A stretch of 63,802 bases of DNA, the filler included, from Chiloscyllium plagiosum (lineage: Eukaryota), in the NCBI RefSeq assembly GCF_004010195.1. It is 5 parts of one record of this genome, joined end to end, with 100 filler letters (N's around TTAATTAATTAA, not from the genome) between each part and the next. Parts side by side here need not be neighbours in the genome. Positions count along the whole stretch, not along the records: positions 32,169 to 42,715 come from NC_057716.1; positions 42,816 to 56,692 come from NC_057716.1; 3 more parts are not named here. One strand, written 5' to 3'. The position numbers and the translations under genes are program-made. Below, in pieces: positions 36,465 to 49,600 of the stretch (positions within the stretch are counted from its first letter, which is position 1; every line of letters begins with the position of its first letter). The notes below the pieces were generated by a model. That model did no database searches and was not told the origin of the DNA. It saw only the letters and a program-made list of their open reading frames with translations.

Positions 36465-36537
36465 ACAGCCAGTTTGGAATCGAAACTCCACACAGCAGCT
36501 CTGTCGTTCGGCATGTCATCCATTGTGCCACTGGCCC
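36465..36537 (-). pseudogene. tRNA-Arg(ACG) relic, paralogue of 33515-33587
   Basis: agccag...ggaatcgaa...atccattgtgccactggccc matches the reverse complement of GGGCCAGTGGCGCAATGGAT...; the flanks are also paralogous. Confidence 0.75.
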
Positions 36538-37698
36538 GATGTATGTGCTACCATTGTGTGGGAGATTAGATTGCATGTGAATTTGAAGCCTGCCAGTCTT
36601 GTTCTTGAACCAAGTCGAAACATCAACGACAATCTCTGGACCGTAACCAAGCGCATTATCCATTGTGACACTGTGCTCGCGCGTGCTGGAGGTTGGTATT
36701 CTGCAGAGTTGTGATCCAAACACGGACATGACAAATCGTAATCATGTTCACAAGTTGAATAAACAAGAAATATAACTACTGTTACTGCTTCATTCCAATC
36801 ATCCACTCTTTGTGCAGCGGGAGGTTTTGTAACGAAAAGATATTTACCCTCCTGAATCTTCTATTCACTTTGTGTCTACTCAGCCATTCAATGGTATCTC
36901 GACTCATCTGATGAATTTCAAATTCCACATCACTGATTTTGCTCCATCACTTTTGATAAACTAATGCCTAATCACAACATGATATTCAAGCTAATTTTCG
37001 AAATATGCGAGTTTACAATAAATTCAACAAAATGTAATGAGCAAAAAAAAATCCCTTCCTGCCAGAGCAGAGTTAGCCATATGAGAACAGTCAGAGTGCG
37101 AAAACATTACCTCCGTTTCTCTCAGTGCAGATGTCAATGGAAGCTGCTCCAGGTAAAGTTAGAACTACCGGCTTGATGTCCCAATGCTCCCAGCTTCGTC
37201 CCGGCATTTCAATTCACTCTATACTTTCAGCAAAATACTTCACACTCACTGATTTCATTACTGAACCCATATCCGCTGGCTCATCCCCATCCCCATTTCG
37301 AGTTTGATCTTCGCTTTTGCACCACACAGTATTCCAGGCCTGAAACCTGGCACTTCTATGGTATTCCACAGCAGTGGTCACTTGCTTGTATGACGAAGTT
37401 GGTAAAGACACCGAAGGTAAACTGCATTTCTTTTGCCGAAATACATTCCAGCAATTCCCTGCGCTATTCCCTGATACCTTCCTTTTCTTGACAACTATAT
37501 CAATCTTCGCCTGCAGCAAACTAACTGATGAAATATCCATCGGCTCTCGAGATACCGAAGTTAACCATTCAGCTCACCATCAGTTTGCATGCCTCAGTCA
37601 CTGTCTGTCAAGTATTCCTACTGTTCATGTGGTACTGTTCCTAACATATCCTCTGCCACTAACTTTACTGCTTTTTGCATCATGCTATTCCATGTGGT

Positions 37699-37770
37699 GC
37701 CGGTATCGTGCAGTGGTTAACGCTTTGCATACTGGCAGCAGAAAGATCATCTGCAATTTGACTTCCAGTA
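37699..37770 (+). pseudogene. tRNA-His relic
   Basis: gccggtatcgtgcagtggtta...tggcagcag vs GCCGTGATCGTATAGTGGTTA...TGGCCGCAG. Syntenic with the other His copies. Confidence 0.65.
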
Positions 37771-38639
37771 TTGTCAATTGTTACCGTTTTATGCAGAGTA
37801 ATACATGCTTAACAAAAGTAGGAGCGAATCAATCTTTTTTGACATGAAAATATTCTTCGAGGTGATGATTTTGCTCCTTCAAACCTTCGCCCTTTCACAT
37901 CACTGCTGTCTATGTATCAGGATTTAAACGCACCAATTCTCGGAGATTTCTCCCTATCCGACGATCAGTAATCCTGCTTTTGGTTCCTCCTCCAATTTCC
38001 CTGACACATTTGGCANNNNNNNNNNNNNNNNNNNNNNNNNNNNNNNNNNNNNNNNNNNNNNNNNNNNNNNNNNNNNNNNNNNNNNNNNNNNNNNNNNNNN
38101 NNNNNNNNNNNNNNNNNNNNNNNNNNNNNNNNNNNNNNNNNNNNNNNNNNNNNNNNNNNNNNNNNNNNNNNNNNNNNNNNNNNNNNNNNNNNNNNNNNNN
38201 NNNNNNNNNNNNNNNNNNNNNNNNNNNNNNNNNNNNNNNNNNNNNNNNNNNNNNNNNNNNNNNNNNNNNNNNNNNNNNNNNNNNNNNNNNNNNNNNNNNN
38301 NNNNNNNNNNNNNNNNNNNNNNNNNNNNNNNNNNNNNNNNNNNNNNNNNNNNNNNNNNNNNNNNNNNNNNNNNNNNNNNNNNNNNNNNNNNNNNNNNNNN
38401 NNNNNNNNNNNNNNNNNNNNNNNNNNNNNNNNNNNNNNNNNNNNNNNNNNNNNNNNNNNNNNNNNNNNNNNNNNNNNNNNNNNNNNNNNNNNNNNNNNNN
38501 NNNNNNNNNNNNNNNACAGGATTGACTTTTCCTCATCAATGGGTATTGCCTCAGCAAATGCAAACATTAACCGTGGCACAGAAAAGTTTGCCACTCTGCT
38601 ATTGCTCCAATTAAACGATCAGCTCTTTAGATTAGGCCG

Positions 38640-41600
38640 TTTCATTCTTGGGATAGTTACCCAGCAACAGCTTCTTGATCAGGCCACATCAGCAGCATGC
38701 CAACATTAGTGGTATCATCATTCACAGCAGCACTGGGTCCAGCTCTCAGTCCAAGCAGCAGGGCTCCACCACAATTCACAACATTATTACTGCAAATGGC
38801 TTGTTTTTAAGAAAAACCAACACAATCTAACTTCCAGGAAAAATACACACATGGGAGGCAGAGCCGAGCAGTTTCCGTCATGTTCTAACTATGGCCTGGA
38901 ATAGCGTATTTGACATTGTTCTCGCATGTATGCAGAAGGAAATACCTACATAACTTCACAGGAATTGCTGGTTCTCCAGCAATAACCTTAATTCCAATAT
39001 TAATCAGGAATTAAATTGCACTTTGGATCAAACTGACTCTTTAATTTCTTCAGTTGATCCTGACGGACTATAGGTTTCATTTCCGTCGCAGTTTGGATTG
39101 TCGCACTTACCATAAAAGACAAATGAAGTTATTTAAATGAGCATTTGCCTGCATCCCACAATTGTGTGCCAGCTGTTTGAAAGACTGAAGATTCTGGATT
39201 CAGGACTGCAGCCTGCATTCAACCGTTTGAGTGAAACTGGTCACACTCCAGATGGGTGACTACAATAGATGGTGACTTTGTTCTTCAAATCCTTTGTTGC
39301 TGGTGATAACGATTAGCGACAGAAAGGGGATATCAAGTTCTTGAAAGTATTCATATTCAGAGTTTAGAAACTTCAATAACAAAATGCAAGCAAACTTACA
39401 ATGAAGTGTCTTTGATGTCCTCTCCTAATACAATATTTTTGAACCAAAATGCTGAAGCCCTAATTCTAATGCAGATAACAGAGAGACAGTAATGCAAATG
39501 CTCTTGCCTGGAGTGGTGTTCCCTGCGCTGCTGCGTAATGTTTCCTGAAAAGTACCTAGAAAGTAATTTCCTTTCTATTTTGTGTACTCTGAATGAAGCA
39601 AAACATTAATCACATATTGTTTTCAAACTTACTTTTTTCATGATAGATTTTGAAGTGTACGGTTTTCCATTGACCTTGTATTATGGACTGTCAGGTGATC
39701 TGCAAATAGTCAGAAAAGTGCTATTCAGTCATTTTAAGCGTACATCTACATCCACACTAAAATCATCATTATTAACCTGAAACATTGAGTAAGTATTTCA
39801 AGCCATGGACAGCTAGTTTTGTAAAACTATTTCAAGGCACAATTACAGTAGATGGTGATTTCTTACCCCAAACCCTCATTGTCTGTTTGCAAGACAAGAT
39901 AATGAGGCTGGAGTTTGGGAGCAAAGAAAGGGAGATACGATGCAACTAATTCATTTCTTCAATACTTTATCCTTGTGGCAACGTCTCAAAATATCTCAAC
40001 TAAAGAGCTCCAGGCCCAAATTGAAACTAGGCAACCAATTTTCCAATGTCTCCAATGAGGACCTTTGGTACTGTCTCGACATACAGGGCTGAATTTTCCA
40101 CGTCAACTGGCTCTTGCCAAGATTCTGATGAATCAGGCCATTTGGAGGAGAGTTCAGGAGCAGAGCCCAATTCCCTTCTGCACTATTATATTATTTTGTC
40201 AGTAGTGGGCAAATGAAGGCACCAATTGAGAGCCACTCATGTCTGTCTGTGTTGTGAACAATAGAGCTCCTCAACTCCCACAGTGAGCTTTTGCCTGCAA
40301 ATCTATTTAGTACAGGCTCAGCAATACCCATCACTAATGGCAGCAAATGAAACGTCGTTGCCCTGCCTTCACTCTGTTATTGCTGTTAGCTCCTGGGATC
40401 ATACCATTTCAATAATGGTTTGTGACCAGGCAGCAACTTCTGTATTAGCTACTGTCATTACCATGCCACCCTTGGCACTGCCAGCCATCGCGTTATAATC
40501 CAGCTCTCAGTTCATCCAGCACGCTTCACCAGAATTCATAAAATTATGACTGCACAGGTCTTGTGTAAGAACAACACCATCTTCCAACTTCTGGATGTAA
40601 TACATATTTTGCGGGTTAAGCTGAGTGTGGTAACTCGGGCCTGCTACATGGTTCCAGGATGCAGAAGGAAATATCTGCATCACTTCACAGGAACTGCTTG
40701 TTCTCCAGTATTTGCCTTGGAGAATATAATATCAAATGAAGCACGAAGTACATCAAAGATCAAAAATATTTTGTAGTTATTGCAAACAATCCTGGAGAGC
40801 TATATTTTCCATATCCCAAGCAGTTTGGATTGTCAAACTTGCCATGCCTGTAACTGCATTTTGAGTGGGAGCAGCGGCCGAGTTGAGGTGAACCCGGCAG
40901 ACTACAGCTAAGGTAAGAGTTTTTTTCAAAATTACTTACCTGTAGCGAGGCAAGATAAATTAAGTCCTTCAGTTAGCATTTGCCTTCAGATACTATTGAG
41001 TGCCAACTGCTTGAATGGCTGAAGACTCTGGATTCAGTCGTGCAGCTTGAGTTCAGCTGCTTCTGTAAAACTTCTTACAATCCAGACGGATACTGCAATC
41101 AATACTAATTTTATTCTTCAACCCCTTTCAGAGGTTTGATGGATACTATAGCTGGTGATAAGGGTGAGTGTGTGATGGGATACATATTTCTTGAACATAT
41201 TCATTTTAAGAGACTAAAATGATCAGGAATAAGTAACCCAAATTTGCAAGCAATTTTGAATTCAAGCTTTCTTGATGTCCTCTCCTAAAACTGTTTGTTT
41301 TGAAAAGAACTCTCCGACCCAAAGAACAATGTGGATAATGGAGAGGCAGTATGTGATTGCTGTGGTCGGGAATGGTAATCTCTACACTGCTGTGTGGTGT
41401 TTTCATGAGGGGTCTGTACGTGACCTTACCATAACTGCATGCCCACCAGCAACTTACTTTCACTTTCTTGTACTCTGAGTGAAGCAAAATCATGGTCACA
41501 TATCGTATCAAACATACTTTTTCGAGACCGCCTTAGATTTGGAAGGCATGGTTTCCCATCGCCATCGTAGTTTAGGCTGTCACGTTTACCAGGCTTGCAA

Positions 41601-42715
41601 TTGAACAGGCAAGTTTAGTCACTGAAATCAGCATTTGTCTGCATATACAATTGTGTGCCAGCTGCTGGAATGGCTGAAGGATCTGGATTCAGTATTACAG
41701 CACTTATTTAGCTGTTTGTTTTTTTAAAAAACTGCTCACACTGCAGAAGGATGACTGCATGAGTTGGTGATTTTTTTGTCAAACTTGCATAACTGGTTTG
41801 CAAGAAGTCAGAGCACAGGTAGGGGGAGAGGCAGAGAATGTCGGGGAGATGGAATTTTTCCTTGCAGTATAGGCCAGAGAGGTCAATGGGAGGTAAAACA
41901 TTCAGGACCGGGCTGATGAAGGGGAAACGTTTCACTGAAGAGATTTGGATGTTTTAAGGCAATGGCTTTTCCAGCAACTCTGTTTTTCTTTCTGATTTAC
42001 AGCATTCGCAGTTCTTTCGGGTTTTATTTGGATGCTTTCTGTTGTTCTAGTTAAATAAGAGCATCAATCAGTCGGAACAAAGCAAGTATTAGGGATGCAA
42101 ATTTAGTGTGATTGCTGTGGTCCGGTCTACAAAGGTGTTTGCTGCACTGTTGTCACATGCTTTCAAGATGCAGCCCCTGAACAATCTAAACAACAGCTAT
42201 CCAGCAATTTCCTTTCACGTCTTTGAATTCTGAATCAAGGATCATTTACACACAAACTGGAGCAAGCTTATTTTCTGCAACTGTCCCTGGAGAAATTAGA
42301 TTTCCCCGTTCTTCACAGTGTACGCAGCTGAAATTAGTCATGAAAGAAGACATTTTAAGCTAGGTCTTGTATGCACAATTGGCTAATTGCTGGTATAAAA
42401 TTGCTGGATGCTCAGGGATTCAGTATTATATTCTTTGATCAACTGTATTTATTAAGTAGATCAATTTCCAGAGGTAGTGGGACAATGGAAAACAGTAGTT
42501 TTTTTCTTTAAAACTTACATAGGGTCTTTGAAAGTCACCACAGGCAGAATGAGGGGAGCAGAGGATATAGGAAACCTAATTGTTCAATATATTTATTCTT
42601 TCTTCAGAGTTCAGCTATCTAAATGTTCGAATACAAATTGAGATCTGAATATTGAATGGGTAAGCAATTTTCCACTGACCACTTTTGAAGGTTTTGTATT
42701 GATGCAACTATTTTT
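38640..42715. repeat. Ancient diverged tandem array / duplication
   Basis: Motif agcatttg.ct.ca....caattgtgtgccagctg..tg.a..gctgaag...ctggattcag at ~39140, 40975, 41630 and weakly 42360. A second motif lies at ~39561, 41447, 42201. 38640-39700 parallels 40390-41600. Confidence 0.75.
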
Positions 42716-42997
42716 NNNNNNNNNNNNNNNNNNNNNNNNNNNNNNNNNNNNNNNNNNNNTTAATTAATTAANNNNNNNNNNNNNNNNNNNNNNNNNNNNN
42801 NNNNNNNNNNNNNNNGAGCATCACTGGCTGGGCTCAGCATTTATCCCTCATTCCCATCACCCCTTGAGAAGGTGGTAGTGAACTGCCTTATTGAACTGAT
42901 GTACTCCATAAAACTTTATTTGTGGAGAAACTGAATGTCGCAGAAATTAAACTGCAGCTTTTTGTATTCCCAGTCCCAATTTTAAACATAACTGTTT

Positions 42998-43250
42998 GGG
43001 TGGCACAGTGACTCAGTGATTAGCATTGCTGCCTCAGAGTTCCAGGTACTCGTGTTTGATTCCAGTATCGTGCGACTGTAAATGGAGTTTGTACGTTCTA
43101 CCCGTGTTTGCGTGGGGTTCTTTCAGATGGTCTGGTTTGCTTTGAAATGTGCGGGTTAAGTAATATTGGCCATGCTAAATTGCCCATAGTGATCAGACAT
43201 GTGAAGGTTAGGTGCATGAGTCAGGGAAATGTACAGTGATAGGGCAGGGG
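42998..43250 (+). mobile_element. HE1-like V-SINE, diverged
   Basis: gggtggcacagtgactcagtgattagcattgctgcctcag...tggagtttgtacgttctacccgtg...ggccatgctaaattgccc. Confidence 0.85.
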
Positions 43251-43399
43251 AATTCCACACCGCTGGGATTATATATTCATTTACTCTCGTCTGAGTGAGA
43301 GACTGGAATTCCACGTGTTGTCAGTAAGCTGATGTACAGCAGAACAAAGTCTCTAAGCTAATTGATGCGAGCAATTCGTAGAACAGGGAGAGAATAGGG

Positions 43400-43615
43400 A
43401 AAAAAAACAAATTGCTGATAAAAGCTCAGAATCTTTGGCAACATCTGAACAGAGAAACCAGAGTTACCACGTCGTATCCGGTCACCGTTTTGTCTGAGCC
43501 AGACCTGAAACTTTAACGCTGATTTCTCTTCAAAGATGCTGCCAGACCTGCTGAGGATTTTCAGTAACTTTTGGTTTTGTTTCTGATTGACAGCATCTGC
43601 AGTTCTGTCAGATTG
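43400..43615. mobile_element. Hairpin non-autonomous element (inverted termini)
   Basis: aaacaaattgctgataaaagctcagaatctttggcaacatctgaacagagaaaccagagtta is answered by taacgctgatttctcttcaaagatgctgccagacctgctgaggattttcagtaactttt. Confidence 0.6.
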
Positions 43616-43629
43616 TATTTAGGAAGTGA

Positions 43630-43950
43630 ATGGGGTTAAGTTCAGAGTAAAGCTGTTTCTGCACTTCAGCTTTTCTAACTCGCAGACCATGTTCACCGTG
43701 GAATTAGATAATGACGAAGTCAACCCCTATCCCCACACTGTCCCTATCAAATGCACTTAGCATAGTTATATCACTGGCTTATATGCAGAATGCATTTCCA
43801 TGTACACCTTCTCCAACTAAACCTCCCAGGGTCCGGGAAAAATAGGGTTACATACAATGTACAGATATGTCCACAAACACTCCCGTGTCAGGGGAAGCTC
43901 TGTGTTAGATTACAGAGTAAAGCTGCCTCTACAGTGTCTATCACAAACTC
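43630..43950 (+). repeat. Degenerate ~60-bp minisatellite (gttagatacagagtaaagct...cactgtccc.atcaaacactcccagg); second patch at 45135-45325
   Basis: Recurrent cagagtaaagct / actgtccc / actcccagg motifs at ~60-bp spacing in both patches. Confidence 0.65.
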
Positions 43951-46234
43951 TTACATAGCCAATACGCACAGACACACTGTCAACCTCTCACTCAGCCAAT
44001 CTCAGCCACCAACTCTCAGTCAATCAGTCACAGACACCTCAAAGCCACACTGCTCATTCACATACACAGTTACTCTTTCACAAATATATACTAATGATTC
44101 ACAATCCGAGAGGCTTGCTTAATGGTAAATCAATTTCTTTATTTTTAGAGAACACAAAATTTGAAGACAAATTACGTCAGGCTGGTCATTGATACATGCC
44201 TGTTATCTGGATAAAATACATCTTACTCCATTTAAATCTCTGACCGATTCTGAACAAGACTACGCACCTAGAATTCAGGAGCTGACCTGTCATATTACTA
44301 CCGTATTTTCCTCCTGAAGTTTGGAAAGTTAGACAGACTTTTAAAAATCTCAGGGCACGGACATTAAAAGGATTCTGGAATCTGCATTTTAATCAATGGA
44401 AACTTTTTAACAGAGTTCTCCATATCCTGCTTTTACAGTTTAATTTATAAATTTACATTTCTACAATATAGGCATGTATCAATGGGAAAAAAAAGCTTTT
44501 CACACATTTGCCCCTCACCTGTGCTGACAGAATTCAGATTCAAACTGAAGCTTCTCTGCTCCTGCATCCAGTTTACCATTGTACCATTTGGTTTAGATTA
44601 TCCCTCCTCTAACATCGAAATTGCATCGATTCACATACCAGTTTTTTTCATCTGCAGGAGGCCGAGAGATGAAAATTTATAACGTGTACCATGTGTTTTA
44701 ATCTGCCAAAGCAGGACAAATGATTCCCAAAGTGTCAGTAGCCATTATAGGTTTGTTTCAGGTAGCCACTTCATGTCAGCACAGCGCTGACAGCGACTTT
44801 ATAAGCAGGGAAAGGCAAGAACGGGTTGGGGACTTGGGAGTCCATTTGCAAAGGAATGCAGCGTAGATTCACAGAACTATCGTTGGACGGCACGGGTTCA
44901 ATGGCCATGGAAATGACACAAGCCCAGGGCTATGTTCCTGGAATTTTGAATGCTTAAAATGATGAAAGTTTGAGAGTCAATGACAGGAACTGCAGGATTA
45001 GATAGGGAGAAAATATCGTTGTTGCTTCTGTAGTCTATAACTAGGCTCAATGTCGAGTAATCTAACTATAGACTGGAACCCTTTGAAAACTCAGACCACG
45101 TTCAGCATGAGTTTAGGTTTTGTTTAAATCAGCCGACACTGTCCCCAGCAATCTCTCACAGAAAAGCACAGGCATAGGGTTAAGTACAGATTAAAGCCCA
45201 ATTACACTGTTCCCATCAACCACTCCCAGGATAGGAACACCACTGAGTTAGAGAAAGGATAAAGCTCCCTTTACATTTTCCACATCAAACTCTCCCAGGA
45301 CAGGGACAATACTGTGCCAGATAGTAAACAAAACATCGTTCATATAACCAGAAAATGACTGCATTCCATCTGCTGCTGCCTTGCCTTGTGTGAGTCACAG
45401 AGTGAGCTCCGAAACATCTCCTTTACCTGTATCTGTGGCTCTCTATCTGTGTCTGTAAGTCTCTCTCTGTTTCTGAAATTAGCTCCCATTCCCTCGATAA
45501 TGCTGAATAAATTTCAAAACAGTTCAATTATCTTTAAAACATTTTAGGATACACTTAAGATTTTTTTGCAGTGTTTATAAATATCCATCCTCACGTTACT
45601 TGCGGATATCCAGTCTAATTCCACTACATTTATATGGTCTGTAATTCACAAAGCAAATTAACATCCGTGGTCTGTGAACAATCTGGAAGTTCCATGAAGT
45701 GTCTGTCTTTATTCTATGCGATTGGCCATTAACAGTAAGGAAGCGTTCCGAAGATTTTTCTTTTCATTGAGACGCCATCAGGAGTCCTGAGGACCACTTT
45801 GATTCTCAGACTGACTGTTCATCGTGACTGCAAAGAAAACATAAATTTTCAAGATGCAGGAAAGTCTCAACGAAAACAACTACTGATGTGCTTCCCCAAT
45901 GTAATCACAGATACTTTTTAGGATGAGATTTACAGGAGGAAATTTAGCTGACAGAAGCCAGTAGCAGGAAGAAGCCATTCAACCCCCACGGCCTGCTCTC
46001 CATTCAATGTGATCATGCCTAATTCCCTATCTCAACGTTATATTCCCACTTGCTCTCCAGAGGTCGTGGTAGAGAATGGTACAATTACAACAATTGGTTC
46101 ACGTTTGTCGGAGGAATCGAACAGAAATTGAATGATCCCGTTGAAAATGGTGAGAAGTTATTAAAAATTATCATTCAGAGGGATATATGGTATCAGAAAG
46201 TTAACTGACAGTGGGGTCAATAATTTGGAGGACA

Positions 46235-46690
46235 ATTGATACAGAACAGTACAGTGCAGGTCCTTCAGCTCTCGATGATGTGCAGGTCGGTTAATCTACT
46301 TTAATATCAAACTAATCTGCATAACCTATCTTCCATGTGCCTATCTAAGAGTCATGTAAACATCCATAATGCATCTGATTGAACTACCACCGCCACAAAG
46401 TCTGGTCGGTGCATAGAAAGAACTTACCTCTCATCTCCCCGAAACCTTCCTCCAATCACTTTTAAATTATGGCCCCTTATGAAGACATTTCTGTACTGGG
46501 AAGAAGTCTCTGGCTATTCACTCTAGCTATGGCTCTTATCATCATGTACACCCTTGTCAATTCACCCTGCATCCTTCTTCACTTGAATGAGAAAAGCCCT
46601 CGGCCCCTCAATCTTACTTCATAAGAAATGCCCTCCAGTCGAGGAAGCATAGTGCTAAATCTTTTCTGCAGCGTCTCTAAAACGTCTGCC
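46235..46690 (-). mobile_element. CR1 LINE 3' end
   Basis: Similar to the reverse complement of 20900-21330 (atagaacagtacag...ccttcagctc; taaattatggcccct). Confidence 0.7.
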
Positions 46691-49600
46691 TTCAGGATCA
46701 ATCTAGTCAGATTTCAGATTTAAAAAAATCTGTGACTGATTCTGATGAAGCTTCACGTGGAATATGCTTTCCAAATAACAATCCCTCAGGTAATTGGAGG
46801 GTTCGCCTTGTCAGAGTGTGATTTTGATTAAATACAGGAAATGTCTCTCCCCCACGGTCATGACGTGACTGTTTTGCTCTTTATGACAAACAGAAAGCTC
46901 TCGCCTCTCTCGTGTCTATTTCACTGGAATTCTGTGCTTCATATTAATTGGCCACTAACAATAAGGAAGTCTGACTCTGACGAGTTCATTGTGAGGATAT
47001 AAGGAATCCTATGGAGCACTTTCATCCTCAGACCGAATAGAAATAGCTTCTGCATGTGTCCTCCTAAATCCTGCTACTCTTCGCTTCCCTGTTTCCTGCA
47101 TTTTCAATTTGTGTCATCTGCAAATTCTGAAGATATGTCCTGTTTTCTGGAGGTTGACAGTGAGTACATTTCGATGTCCACAACAACGATTCCCAAGCCA
47201 AGCGTCAGAATGCTGACATCTCTTGATGCCAGTGACCAAGTCCTCATTGACAAAGTGGGAATTTGAGATTCAGAAAATAAATAACTGTGACACTCTGTTC
47301 TGTCCATTGATTCTCCACCCCTCAGTGAAATTCAAATAATGACATAGTTCCCTGTTAAAAGGCTCAGTTGGAGCCGCCTCCATCAGAACTCCAGCAGGGC
47401 CCTCCACACAAACACCAAGTGTTGTGTCAACAAAAAACATCTCTTACCACACATCTGTTACTTTTGCAGATAATTTTAGCCTGTGTTGTCTCATTCTTGA
47501 ACCTTATATTTGGGGAGCAGTATCTCCCAGGGGTGTCATGATTTTTGAAATTCCCATCAGATTCCCAATCTGAAAAGTTTCATTCTTTCCAATCCATCCC
47601 CATGATTGAAAGTGCTGACCCAGGGAGAAATATTCCAGTAATCTGTAGTGGTTAAGGAAGTGAGCTCACTCTCTACCACCTTCTCGGGAGGAATAAGTGA
47701 CAGCACAGACAGTGAAGGCCACATTCTTTCGGAAGCCTCCCCATCAGAGTTTTCAGGTCCCCAGTTGATTACCACAGAGTCTACGTCCAGGTTTTTGCAG
47801 GGGCCTGACATGCACAGCCAGCCTGTGCTTCTCCAACAAATATCTGACCAATGGAATTATTCATTTCTGAATGAGTTAATGCAGAGAAATATTGATGCTT
47901 TTCATCTGGTTGTACAATCGACTAGAATCTGCTGTAAATGATACTCTCCATTAGGTGTTAGGCAGTATGTCAAGTATTCGTACAGTAGATATTCGACCCA
48001 TTTGAATGGCTGGAATTAACCCAGTGGAAGGGTTCCTGTCCTAAACACACGCAGGTTCAATTCCCAAGCAAAGTCACTGGGCACAGTTGTTACATCGGTT
48101 CCCTTGGAACTGGCTGTCCAAGCTCTGTGTGTAATTGTCAGTGTCCCTCTGTGCATACTATAGTGAGGCCCACAATGACTCCTTCCTGGTCGTGCCTTGC
48201 CCCTTGGGGAACACTGAGACATGGAGATTCTACAGAGGCTGCGCTGTGGGGCCTGTCCCCTGAGTCTCATCACCCTGCAGCTGGGTCTCTGACCTCACAA
48301 TGGGAGATAACCCTCTCTCAACTCGAGCTGGAGATTCAACAACAGCCAATAGTATTGCTCCATGGAGTACGGCCGCTTAAAAGTGAAGGAACGAAAATCA
48401 GGGAAAGTTGCTCAGATTGAGAGAGTCCTGGGGAGAGAAACTGAAGTTCTCACGTGTCCAAATCAGGTTGGAATGCAGTGACGACAGCGACTCTAGCTGT
48501 CTTTTTCCATTTAAACTGAACTGATTGTACTGGAATCTGAAATATGAAAATTAAATCGAGGAAAATACATCGTGTCCATAAGGTGGAAAGTGGATTTTAC
48601 ATTTCAACATCAATAAGTGTTAAGCGTAAATTTTAATGAATCCTAATCATACTATACTTATTGTATTGCAAGTTAATAAATACTCACAATCTGCTGTAGA
48701 CTCTTACTTTGAGTTCCATCTGCTTTCGTCAGAAATTAAAAATGCAGCAATTAAAAGGATTTAGTGACAAAGAACAAAGAGGGGAACCGGAGGGAACAAA
48801 AACAAAACGGAATTGCAGGAATGATGAGATAACAAAATGATAAGGGTCCAAAACAGAACCTCTGCATCCCAACTTTCTTGCCCAAAGTTGCTTGGAAGCA
48901 CAAAGTAATAGGTCGGGAATGGGGTTTGTGGTGGAATTGAGCAAAAGTGCCAAAGTATTATTGGAAGCTATGAAATACTGGGACCAGGATTGGAATCAGG
49001 AGGTCTAGCCACGTGGGCAGGGTAGGAAAAGTCTTGAATGCAACATTGTCAGAACTGATCAATTATCAGTCGGTCAGCAGAGGGGCATCGTTCAATCAAT
49101 GTGGGCAGAGGATGTTCCGGTTCATAGAATGCAGCAATCATATTTAAAGGCTGTTACCTATTCTAACAAACAACAGGTCTGGAGAGACATTGGCTACTAA
49201 CAAACATTTACCATCAATTATATTCAGGTTGCGCCCTGATTCACTAAAGTTCCTGCATGTTGTTTGGGCACAGGAACAGTCCCTGTTCTATCAAGGCTGG
49301 AGAAGATCAATAAGTCAATGTGGGCAAGTTCAGGTCGAGATTGCTGAGGTGATGAGTACGTGTGGGGAACCTGGTTAAGTTGACAAAAAGGGATCAGCCA
49401 GCGGACATTTTCTGGAAGGTATACAAGGTTAAACTGAAGAACTTACATGTGGCCAGAGATGAAAGTGAAATTGAAAGCAAACCACATCATATCCAGCCAT
49501 TGCCAAATTCATGGCAGCAGACTGTCCTTCCAAAAGGTCAGTTTAAGGAGGATCTAGTGTGCCCTGACAGGGTAGACCAACTGCTGACTGTAGTAATTGC

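Noticed and set aside
36054..36806. Cluster of 60-115-aa ORFs on both strands that looked like a signal peptide/Ig domain or a decayed GPCR
   Set aside because: The region is the paralogue of the non-coding tRNA-Arg cassette at 33215-33840 and contains a tRNA relic (36465-36537). The frames are not conserved in the paralogue.
43630..45325. Periodic repeats as a possible CRISPR-like array
   Set aside because: Degenerate contiguous minisatellite without constant repeat plus unique spacer structure. Eukaryotic context, no cas genes.
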